From Octopus sinensis (Eukaryota): a DNA stretch of 64,000 nucleotides. Within the stretch, counting starts at the first letter, position 1, and each line of letters begins with the position of its first letter. The stretch lies in contig NC_043008.1 in the NCBI RefSeq assembly GCF_006345805.1, positions 50,220,001 through 50,284,000 on the forward strand, in the 5' to 3' direction. The notes below the pieces were generated by a model, which saw nothing but the letters and a program-made list of their open reading frames with translations, was not told the origin of the DNA and ran no database searches. This document shows positions 52,321 to 63,734 of this stretch, one piece after another. The position numbers and the translations under genes are program-made.

Positions 52321-52951
52321 ACTGTCTCTTCAATTATCTTGATTCCCCCCCCCAAACCAATCGACCACAGAAAGTGTTTCGTTTCTAATTTATTGATCTC
52401 AGCAAAAGAAGACAATAACAACAACAACAACAACGATAGCAATAATGTTGGTTTCCCACATTGGCAATAATAATGATAATAATAATAATAACCTTTTATT
52501 TGCTACAATGGTGGTGGCAGTGGTAAGGAGGAGGAGGAGGTCAGGGAATTTTGGTAAATGATGTTGATGGTGATGATGATGATGGAGCTAGCAGGGTGGT
52601 GGTGGTGTTGAAGGCAGTGGTGGTGGTTGTAAAAGGGTGGCAGTAATTATGTACTTTCATGTTGCATATAAAAACTAACCAATATTTAATGGCAGTCCAC
52701 ACATGCACAGGTACATTAAGTAGGTGTGTACAGGTGATGGGCAGGTGTGCATACATACATACACACATACATACACACAACATACATAGATACATGCATA
52801 TATATATATATATACACACATATATACACACATACACACACACACATATATATATAAATACATATGTCTGTGTATGTGTGTGTATATATATATATATGTA
52901 TGTATGTATGTGTGTGTGTGTTAATGCAATAGAGTTATAATCTAAGAAAAT

Positions 52952-52989
<38 letters not shown>

Positions 52990-53126
52990 CTTTCACTTTC
53001 TCTCTCTTTCTCGCTGTCCCTCTCTGCTCCCTCACTAATTCTCTTCCCTTTCTCCTCCGTCACTGAAAACATGTACAACCATGAGCAGTGATGTAAGAGA
53101 AAACATCAAGCATACACACACACACA

Positions 53127-53188
<62 letters not shown>

Positions 53189-53757
53189 CACATACGAGAG
53201 GTTCCCTATCTTCGTTGCTGAGTCAAACTACTGATGTCACAGCTGTTTTGGAAATAGTCTCGGGAGGTGGCCATTACCATGATTTTTAATTTTTTACAAA
53301 TCTGAAAGTTTTCAGTCAAAATCCTTCTCAATCCACCTCTCCCCCTCTCACTGTCTTTCTTCCTTCCTTTCTTTCTTTCTCTCTTTCTTTTTTTCATGCC
53401 AAAAAAATATAATAAGCAACAAATTTCAACAAAAGTAAAACATCTCATACAAAAAAAAACAAAAAAAAAACCAATTCTTTCAAAAACATTTATTGTTGTT
53501 GTTGCTGTTATCTGACCACCAAACTGACAAACCTCCAATGACCAAACACAATCTAACTGTGACCACCCTGTCTTGTTATACACAGTTCACTCACACACAA
53601 TCACATAATCCAACGAGTCATCAATGCGTAAACTGAGGGAGAGTCAGCTGCTATTTTCAAGAGTCGACTGACATCACAGAGTCCCCTAATTCTACACTGG
53701 AACTGCTTCTATTCTTAATATACCCTTACACCTATCAGTATATCTACAATTCCGGAT

Positions 53758-53845
53758 ATGTCTAAGACAATCATTAAGGTCCCGCTGTGGTATTTTTACT
53801 ATATATTTTGTATCTTCCTTGGATCACAATTTGAAGGACTGGAAG
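53758..53845 (+). CDS. Cys-loop (nAChR-like) receptor subunit exon 1, signal peptide MSKTIIKVPLWYFYYIFCIFLGSQFEGLE
   Basis: ATG, basic N-region and hydrophobic core; GAAG|gtaag phase-1 donor fits the phase-1 acceptor of exon 2 (G|CC = Ala). Confidence 0.75.
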
Positions 53846-56317
53846 GTAAGACAAAGCATTTTTCATCCTCTTCTCCTTTCTCTCCTGCCTTTCATTTATT
53901 CTACCCATCACCAATACAAGTCACTTTTAAAAAAATTTTGAGAGCCTCTATATAACCATATAAGGCAATGGGTAAAGACCTCCTTTGGTCATGAATGATC
54001 ATGGGATTGCACCTAGAAAGTTACCCTCTGAGGCACAAGTTCGGATAAGGTTGTTTATGGAAGACCAGTAGTCGCCCATGCATATCAGCTTCCCCTCTTC
54101 ACACCACCAATGTTATCCAAGGGAAAGGCAAAGGGGCCGATACAGCTTGGCACCAGTGACGTTGCAACTCATTTCTACAGCTGAGTGAACAGGAGCAACG
54201 TGAAATAAAGCGTCTTGCTCAAGAACACAACACACAGTCCGGCCCGGGAATCGAACTTACTACCTCATGATTGTGAGTCCGATGCTTTAACCACTGAGCC
54301 ATGTACCACAACCAACAGTCAACTAGAAATAAACCCAAACAAGTCTTAACTTACATGCTACAGTCTTAAAAATAGAAGGACGTTTTTCCCTAATCCCTCA
54401 TTTGCTACAACCATCACCAATAACAGCCCCTTTTTAAAAAGTCATTGCAAGAGCCTCTGTATAGCCCCTGTATAGCTGTATAGCTTACATGCTGTGTCCC
54501 TTAATTTACATGCTGCAATCTTAAAAACAGAAAGACATTTTGACTAATATAATCTAAGATACAAGATGTAAAAAAGATTAAAAAACAAAACAAAATGTAC
54601 TTTATATTACATATGCCATGTCATGTTCTGAGTTCAAATTCAATTGAGGTCTTTTTGCTTTTTATTCTTCTGGGGTTGATTAAATAAGTATTGGCTGAGT
54701 ACTGGGGTTCATGTAACCAACTCAATCTCTCACTCAAAATTATTGGCGTTGTACCAAAATTTGAAGCCAATACTACATATACCATGTTTGACGAAACGGT
54801 TAAGAAATTTCTTACACTATCATGCAGTCTGGGTTTCAATCCTGCTGCATAGCATCTTAGACAAGTGTGATTTTCTGCAACCTTGAGTTCCCAATGGCTT
54901 CAGTGCGAAATTGGGTAACTGAAAACTGAAAGGAAGCTTCTTGGATGGGTTGTACTTTTAATCTAAAGGCTTGTTCCTGTCAGACAGTGAGATGTTGATG
55001 CAGCATGAGAATTGCATTAAGAGTACACATGTATGAGGAGTACTCAGCCACTTGCATACCAGTCCAACATGACTGAAAATTCAATTGACTTAACAACCAA
55101 ATTACTAACAACTGAACATTCATAGCCAGAAATTATGATTGAAATCTATTATATGTATACATATACATACATACATACATACATACATACATACATACAA
55201 AAATACATACATACATATATATATGTATACATATATATATGTGTGTGTATATATATATATATACTCTTTACTCTTTTACTTGTTTCAGTCATTTGACTGC
55301 AGCCATGCTGGAGCACCTCCTCCAGTCGAGCAAATCGACCCCGGAACTTATTCTTTGTAAGTCCAGTACTTATTCTATCGGTCTCTTTTTGCCGAACCGC
55401 TAAATATATATAACGGGAAAGTTTACGAAAATAAACAAAAGATGAAGGCAGGTGGAGTACAAACAAACAAATGTATTAGTATAGCGCTCAGGAATAGAAA
55501 TAGAAAAAGTCTTTTATGTTTCGAGCCTACGCTCTTCAACAGAAAGATACACAGAAAAAAACAAGGAGAGAAACAAGGAGAGAAAAAAATGCGTGTAGGA
55601 GCTAACAATCTATCATGATGGCTGTCCACTTGTGACCGAGGAAGACCATTACTGACCTTTAGGAACATTGTGCACTGCAGGGACTAACTTATATTTTGCA
55701 TTTGAGCTTCTTATTGATGGCTAATGAGCCCCACTCTTGACAAGTATACACAACTGCAAACACTGAAAACCAAGCTTTCCCCCATTCACTACACCAGTAG
55801 TACAGTTTTGAGCAGCACACTTAGATTCTTCATGCAGAATACATGCTCTCTCAAAAGTGTCGACCCCCCCTCCTTAACCTGCTTCCTCCATCTGTATGCA
55901 TGTATGTATGCATGTATGTATGTATGTATGTATGTATGTATATAAGGCATGTGCCATTAGTAATTACTCAGAGTAGGCAGTTGGTGACATTTATGTAGTA
56001 GGCACACAAAAAAATAAGTGAAACACAGGCGCATGACTGAATTGTAGGCAGATATATACATAGTGTATTAAAAAAACGTTGTTGTAGGAATGTACGCACC
56101 ATGTGTACTACAGCAGTTCTATGCGTAGTTTTAATACTGAGATTGAACGGCAGGGGCAAATTATGCCTACCTAAATCTACAGAAAAATTAAATATTTTGC
56201 ATTTTATGCAAAGTAATGAGAATAACCTTCATAATTTTATTGAATTAGGTGCATATTTTGCCATAAAAGGAAAATATTACTATCAGGGTAGGCACTGCCT
56301 ACCTTGCCAGGCAGTCC

Positions 56318-56357
<40 letters not shown>

Positions 56358-56359
<2 letters not shown>

Positions 56360-56698
56360 GCACCTTGGGCAAGTGTCTTCTACTATAGCCTCGGGCCGAC
56401 CAAAGCCTTGTGAGTGGATTTGGTAGATGGAAACTGAAAGAAGCCCGTCATATATATGTATATATATATATATGCGTGTGTGTGTTTGTGTGTCTGTGTT
56501 TGTCCCCTAGCATTGTTTGACAACCGATGCTGGTGTGTTTACGTCCCCGTCACTTAGCGGTTCGGCAAAAGAGACAGACAGAATAAGTACTGGGCTTACA
56601 AAAGAATAAGTCCCGGGGTCGATTTGCTCGACTAAAAAGGCGGTGCTCCAGCATGGCCGCAGTCAAATGACTGAAACAAGTAAAAGAGTAAAAGAGTA
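56358..56698 (+). mobile_element. SINE family A, 5'-truncated, low divergence
   Basis: intact CpGs (gcctcgggccgacc, ggggtcgatttgctcgac) and a tail ending taaaagagtaaaagag. Confidence 0.8.
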
Positions 56699-57464
56699 AA
56701 TATATATATATATATATATGTATGTATATATAGTATATGATGAAGAAGAAAATGGAGAGTTTTAATAGAGAACTATCAATTTATTAACATTTTGTCAATT
56801 TACACTTGCCGACAATTGTTTCCATATTTTCTCTCATTCAAATTACAAATTTATAAACTAAAATTGCATTTTTTGAAAAATTGCAAAGTCAATATTTCTC
56901 CAGGGGAAAAAAATTGACATAAACAGAAATTACACCTTAATTGATTGAGTGCTACTCAACAATTGATTGAGTGCTACTCAACAGACTAAACATTTCATCA
57001 TTCATATATTTATGACTCTGTGTGTGTTAATATATTTAAAACAAAAGAAACCATTATATGTGTATGTGTTTTTTGTTTGCATTTTTGTGTGCGTGTGTGT
57101 GTGTGTTAACATGTTTGAAACAAAGGAAGTGTTAAATTTGCATATATATTATTTTTCTATTATGGTTAACACTAAGTAAGTCTATTTCTGTCTTTTAATT
57201 CATATTATTAATGGTGAGAACATGAAAAGATAATATAATTTATATTAATCAATTAAATTATCTTATAAGTTAATAATTTGTAATTGTTGGTGCTAAGGGT
57301 TACTTTATAATTTTATTACCAAATAAAACTGGTATAGGATTAAACCAGAGAAGCTTGGATGTAAAGATCCCTTTAAAGAGGAATCTATATCCTCACAATA
57401 ACACCCCCCCCCCTCACACATATATATACATACATGTATGTATATGTGTATATATATAATATAC

Positions 57465-57506
<42 letters not shown>

Positions 57507-57613
57507 GCATATATATGTATGTATATGTGCATATATATCTATGTATGTATATGTATATGTGTATGTATATATATATATATATATATATTATCAGGGAGAG
57601 AGAATTATAATGT

Positions 57614-57652
<39 letters not shown>

Positions 57653-58116
57653 TAAAGTAGAGATAAAACCACTATTAGGCAAATCAAACAGTGAAAAACA
57701 TAAATCAAAACATAAAAATAAAAATAATTAATATAATATACAAAATATATAAAAAATTTAAAATTTAAATTATTTAAATTTAAAATTATTAATTTATATT
57801 CATAAATTTTTATATTTTTTAAAATATTTTAAAAATTTAAATTAATATTTTTTTTAATTTTTAAACTTTTTTAAAATATATATAAGTATCAAAAAGTATT
57901 AAAAAGTTTAATATAAGATAATAAGTAAAACCACTACGTATGTTTCATGGCCTTAACCTAATTTGAATTACAATAATTTAAATTCAATTAAAATTTGAAT
58001 TATGGTTATAGTCAATCTTCAGGTTAATGATAATAGTTAAATAAATAAGCAAAAATAATATTTTTAAGAAATAAATAAAATAATAATTTTAATAAAATAA
58101 TATATGCATATATATA

Positions 58117-58177
<61 letters not shown>

Positions 58178-59087
58178 TGTGTGTGTGTGTGTGTGTGTGT
58201 GCGTGTGTGTGTGTGAATATATATATATACACTAGCACTGACCACTTCCCAGCCCCACATCCACACACCTACACATACACACACGCACATGTCAAGGTCA
58301 CCAGCCCTCTTCCACACACACATACATACTCGCTTATACACATGCACAGCACCTTTGTTTTGGGATCACCACTACTTTATTATCTTCCCTTCTTCCTAGC
58401 TCTCCTGTGTGACCCCTCTGTCCAGCACTCACCAGTTTTTTATTCTTGACTCATTGTAATCTAGACCTCTTGTATGCATTGCAATCAGTGAAACTTTGGA
58501 CCTTTTGTGGGGAGAACAAGAGACATTGCCTTGATGTGGAAATTTAATTTAACAAATACATTAAATACAACTAGAAAACGAGAAAGAACTTTGCACTAAA
58601 AGGGAGGTTAACATACTAGTATTACTACTACTACCACCACCCACAACCACAACCACTACCACCACCACTACTACAACTACCACTAGCACCATCACCACCC
58701 ACCACCACCACCATTTCTACTACTACCACCACCATCACAACCACTACTACTACTACTACCAACACCAACACCACAACCACCCACCTACTACTACTACTAC
58801 ACCACCACCCACAACCACCACCACCATCACTACTACTACTACCACTACCACCACCTCCACCACAACCACTACTACTACTACTACCACCACCACCACCACC
58901 ACCACTGTTTGTGTGTGTGCATCATTATCTATTACATGTGTGTCCTTGTCGATGCACAACCAATTGTGTGCATATATTCATTAAAAGAATCTCAGACAGA
59001 GAGACAGACTTTGGAATGTCTCACAAATTCTCAGTGCCACAAGGAGATTGGATTTGGAGAATCCACGTCAGCTTCTTTTGCTTTTAT

Positions 59088-59288
59088 ATGTATGTATGTG
59101 TGCATGTGTGTATGTATGTATGTATGTATGTGTGTATGTGTGTATGTATGTATGTATGTTTGTATGTATGTATGCATGTATGTATGTGTGTATGTATGTG
59201 TGTGTATGTATGTATGTATGTATGTATGTATGTATGTATGTGTGTGTATGTATGTATGTATGTATGTATGTATGTGTGTATGCATGTA

Positions 59289-59324
<36 letters not shown>

Positions 59325-59328
59325 TGTA

Positions 59329-59361
<33 letters not shown>

Positions 59362-59468
59362 ATGTATGTATATATATATGTATGTGTGTATGTATGTATG
59401 TATGTATGTATGTATGTGTGTATGTATGTATGTGTGTATGTATGTATGTATGTGTGTATGTATGTATG
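59088..59468. repeat. (TATG)n/(TG)n compound microsatellite
   Basis: direct inspection; source of the MYVC-rich ORFs. Confidence 0.95.
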
Positions 59469-59856
59469 CTCATAACGTAAAGCGCCATGCAATTCTGGAG
59501 TGGTAACAATTCTGGAAGTTCGCTGCCTTAATGATAATAACGATGATAATCCTTTCTACAAAAAACACAAGGCCTGAAGTCTGAGGGGCTGCTGTTAGTG
59601 AATAACATCGACCCCAGTGTTTCACTGGTACTTATTTTATCGACCCCGAAAGGATGAAAGGCAAAGTCAACCTCAGTAGCAATTGAACTCAGAGTGTCAA
59701 GGCACCTGAAATGCTGCTCAGTTGCCCTAATGACAATGATAGAAATGGCATCAACCATTTGTCCCAAATCCACAATTCCAATTTCACTCTTCCATGTTGT
59801 AGTGTGACGGATGAAGAGGACAACAGAAAAAGAGAAGGAAATACAATGGGCCTTAC

Positions 59857-60040
59857 CTCAGCGAAGATTCAGATCTCTCTCAGCAAAGTCAATGCCTCTA
59901 GTCGCTTCGTCGTCTTGGCTCGAACTGCCCCACTTCGTTGATCCCACACGTGCGAGCTGCCTTGCCGCTTCCGCTTCCTGCCACGCATGCGCCCTGCAAG
60001 CCCTACTTCCGCCCTCCCTTATCTGTCGTCCTCTCCACTG
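59857..60040 (-). promoter_or_regulatory. CpG-rich TATA-less promoter and probable first exon of a minus-strand transcript
   Basis: CACGTG 59947-59952; tandem ETS GGAAGCGGAAGC 59967-59978 (-); NRF1-like ACGCATGCGC 59983-59992; GGGCGGAAGT 60005-60014 (-); donor GAG|GTAAGG at 59857/59856. Confidence 0.6.
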
Positions 60041-60140
60041 ACACCACACATGTCACAAATTTTTAAAATATATCAATGTTTTCCTGTTTCACTTAAAACT
60101 CATTGAATTTGTTTCTCCTTTTTATTTCTTCAACTTACAG

Positions 60141-60280
60141 CCATCACAAAACTTCAAAAAGCTCGCTTAGCACTAAAAAAACACATCTTCACTAACTACC
60201 AATATTTTCTCCGGCCTCACTGTGGCAATTCCCCGGTCAACATAACCCTAAATTTGGCACTGAGACAGATCATTGATTTG
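60141..60280 (+). CDS. Cys-loop (nAChR-like) receptor exon 2 (...LKKHIFTNYQYFLRPHCGNSPVNITLNLALRQIIDL)
   Basis: cttacag|CC ... TTG|gtaacg; exactly 140 nt as in alpha7-type nAChR exon 2; Y..RP and V.l.L.L.QIID motifs. Confidence 0.9.
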
Positions 60281-61040
60281 GTAACGTATTCAAAAATATT
60301 TCATTTTCATTCATGACTTTTCAGCCCCTAAATATTTTCAATTTATATCCAGTCTCTTTGAAATACTAATTTTAACTAGTTTTGGCACAAGGCCACAGAT
60401 TTATAGCCTGGAACATTGTCGATTTGTTCCATTCACTAGTATATTATTGGTAGCTACTTTTTTGATGGTCCTTGGGAAAGATTTGATCTAAAAAAAAAAC
60501 TAGGGGTGGAAATGAAACGAAAGTATGGGAAAGTAATTTTAGTATTCTTTTACCATTCTACCACAACATTCAGTCAAGTCTCAATTAATTGTCCACCACA
60601 ACAGTCAAGTGGGGGTCATTGCCAGTGCTGTCGGACTGGCTCCTGTGCAGGTGGCACGTAAAAAACACCATTTGAGCGTGGTTGTTGCCAGTATCACCTT
60701 ACTGGCTTTCGTGCTGGTGGCATGTAAAAGCACCTACTACACTCTCAGAGAGGTTGGCATGAGGAAGGGCATCCAGCTGTAGAAACTCTGCCAGATCAGA
60801 TTGGAGCCTGGTGCAGCCTTCTGGCTTGAAAGTCCTCGGTCAAACCGTCCAACCCATGCCAGCATGGAAAGTGGACGTTAAACAACGATGATGATGATGA
60901 TGAAGGAATATATTTCTAACAATGAAATATATATATGCACTTATGAATATATATATATGTATGTACATGTATGTGCATACATACATGTGTGTGTATGCAC
61001 ATGTTGTATGTATGTGTGTGTATATGTGTGTATATATATA

Positions 61041-61417
61041 TACTAGCAGTATCGCTCGGCGTTGTTCAGGTCTGTTTCGACCCTTTAGAATTGGAATCTT
61101 TGAAAAGTAAAAATTTTGCATTATGTAGCTTGTTATTCTCTTTAAGTGAACATTTTTCTGGTTGAAATACACCGAAAAATGGCGACACAGCAATCAAAAA
61201 ATTGTAAAAAATAAGGGATTTCCATAGAAAAAAGCACTTTTTTGATGTAAGTAATTTTTGGTGTTAACATGGTCCAATTTGAATTTTTTCTTCAACGGAA
61301 GGAAGAACAAGCCTTCTTCTATCATACTTACAATTTTGGTCAACTTGTGCCGCAGGGTCTCGGAGGAGATAATGTTAATTGAAGGCTACCAAACCTGCCA
61401 TACACAGACAACTTCAG

Positions 61418-61421
<4 letters not shown>
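61041..61421 (+). mobile_element. Possible non-autonomous Helitron/HINE-like element
   Basis: starts tactagcagtatcgctcggcgttg inside a TA run and ends cagctttatata; family assignment is from resemblance only. Confidence 0.35.
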
Positions 61422-61451
<30 letters not shown>

Positions 61452-61715
61452 TCACACACATGTGTGTGCACATGCACGCATTACACAAACACATTAACTG
61501 CTGGAATGCCTTGAATGATACCTAATGGTTTTCATGATCATAAATCTCAAATTATCGTTTATAAGTACCACTGTGACAATATAGAAACAAAAATATTCTA
61601 TAGTAGAATATATAGTAGAAGACACATGCCCAAGGTGCCACGCAGTGGGACTGAACCTGGAACCATGTGGTTGGTAAGCAAGCTACTTACCACACAGCCA
61701 CTCCTGTGCCTGGAA

Positions 61716-61755
<40 letters not shown>

Positions 61756-61883
61756 CACGAGGGCCTTCTATATAATTTCTGTGTATCAAATTCACTCAGA
61801 AGTCATTGATTGGCCCAAGACTATAATGGAAGACACCAGTCTGATGTGTCACGCAGTGAGACTGAACCCAAAACCATGTCATC

Positions 61884-61933
<50 letters not shown>

Positions 61934-62042
61934 AAGAAAGAAAGAAAGAGAGACAGAATCAAATAATTACCGAGATAGTAAACTATTTCTAATCTTTGTT
62001 TTTTCTTTTTTTTTTTTTTATTTTTCGTCCTAAAACTCATAG

Positions 62043-62087
62043 AATGATAGCCTACAAATCCTTCATACAAGCATCTGGATAAGAATG
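62043..62087 (+). CDS. Cys-loop receptor exon 3 (NDSLQILHTSIWIRM)
   Basis: tcatag|AAT ... ATG|gtatgt; exactly 45 nt; corresponds to DEKNQ.L.T..W..M (loop D Trp). Confidence 0.88.
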
Positions 62088-62784
62088 GTATGTAAGCATT
62101 AATCTTCATATCTCTGTAAATTGAAATAATGTCATTGATTCACATAATGTCACTCGCTGCAGATCTTGCTAGAAATGTCGCCATGCACACATACAGCACC
62201 AAATCACACTCAACAAACCTCCTAAACACACACAGGCTTCATGTTCATCAAGGCTCACATACAGAATAGCGCAAGGCCCACACTCAGTGCAACACAAAGC
62301 CAACACATAATACAGCGCAAAGCTCACACACAACACAAGGCCAACATACAACGGTTATGACGAAGAGTGTTTCAGTTGATCCGATCAATGGAACAGCCTG
62401 CTGGTGAAATTAATGTGCAAGTGGCTGAGCACTCCACAGATACATGTAACCCTTAACGTAGTTCTCAGGGAGATTCAGCATGACACAGAGTGTAACAAAG
62501 CTGGCCCTTTGAAATACAGATACAACTCATTTTTGCCAGCTGAGTGGACGGGGGCAATGTGAAATAAGGTGTTTTGCTCAAAGGCACAATGTGCTGCTGA
62601 AAATCGAACTCTCAACCTTGCAATCATGAGCTGAATCCCCTAGCCACTAAGTCACACGCCTTCAACCCAAATACAACTCAGCACAATACAAAGCCCACAC
62701 AGAATGTAATTTAGGACTCACACAGAACACAAAACAAGGCTGATGTACAACACAACACAAGGATCATGATTACTCAATGTAAAA

Positions 62785-63215
62785 CCCTCTCACAACACAG
62801 CACAAGCCCTTTCACAACACAGTGCAAGTCTCTCTCACAACACAGCACAACACCCTTTCACAACACAGCACAACACCCTCTCACAACACAGCACAAGGCC
62901 CTCTCACAACACAGTGCAAGTCCCTCTCACAACACAGCACAAATCCCTCTCACAACACAGCACAAGACCTTCTCACAACACAGCACAAGACCATCGCACA
63001 GCACAGCACAAGATCCTCTCACAATACAGCACATGTCCCTCTCACAACACAGCACAAGACCATCACACAGCACAGCACAACACCCTCTCACAATACAGCA
63101 CATGTCCCTCTCACAACACAGAACAAGTCCCTCACACAACACAGCACAAGGCCCTCTTACAACACAGCACAAATGCCTCTCACAACACTGCACAAGACCC
63201 TCTCACAACACCATC
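62785..63215. repeat. ~22-bp minisatellite (CACAACACAGCACAAGNCCCTCT)n
   Basis: roughly 20 imperfect tandem units in receptor intron 3. Confidence 0.9.
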
Positions 63216-63392
63216 TCACAACACAATTCAAAACACACACACACAATAATTCTCATAACACTTACAAGGTCTAAAGATAACAACCGACACAATAACACAA
63301 AACTCAAACACTACACTCCCACAACACGGCTGTTCAGATCCATTCTAGTTGTGACAGAAATGTAAAGGGACTTTGTTTCTGTATTGCTGTAG

Positions 63393-63502
63393 CAATGGAA
63401 TGATTGTAGACTGAGCTGGAATAAGACCGATTTTGAAGACATCGACCAAATACTTGTGTCTAACAAAGAGGTTTGGATTCCTGATATTGCGCTCTACGAG
63501 AA
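63393..63502 (+). CDS. Cys-loop receptor exon 4 (QWNDCRLSWNKTDFEDIDQILVSNKEVWIPDIALYE-); the gene continues past the window
   Basis: ctgtag|CAA ... AA|gtaagt; exactly 110 nt; W.D..L.W and W.PDI.LY motifs. Confidence 0.93.
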
Positions 63503-63519
63503 GTAAGTAATCCTCTGTT

Positions 63520-63734
63520 TTAACCCTTTAGCATTTAACCCAGTCGTATCTGACCAAAATATTCTGTTTTGTGTTCAAACTGGCCAGATCTGACCTTTCA
63601 CACCAACCATACAATATCGTTCAAAAATAAATATTTATATCATCGAAATCCTGAAGCTATGAGATACTGTATTAAAAGAATGGGAATAAATAAACGTTAC
63701 ATTTGATAGAGTCACCTGAATGTTGGAAAGTTAA
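63520..63734. mobile_element. TTAA-flanked MITE (ttaaccctttagcatt family)
   Basis: begins 17 nt into receptor intron 4; related copies near 12340-12520, 26590-26800 and 35900-36100. Confidence 0.55.

Noticed and set aside
53206-53583. 125-aa minus-strand ORF
   Set aside because: Runs through poly-purine and poly-T low complexity; no homology recognised
58909-59509. ORFs of 141-189 aa (MYVC repeats)
   Set aside because: (TATG)n microsatellite
59711-60049. Three short ORFs over the GC-rich patch as receptor exon 1 or as a gene
   Set aside because: No signal peptide and no plus-strand donor; 53758-53845 fits phase and function better
62766-63365. 199-aa ORF, or a CRISPR-like array
   Set aside because: Tandem minisatellite without unique spacers, in a eukaryotic intron
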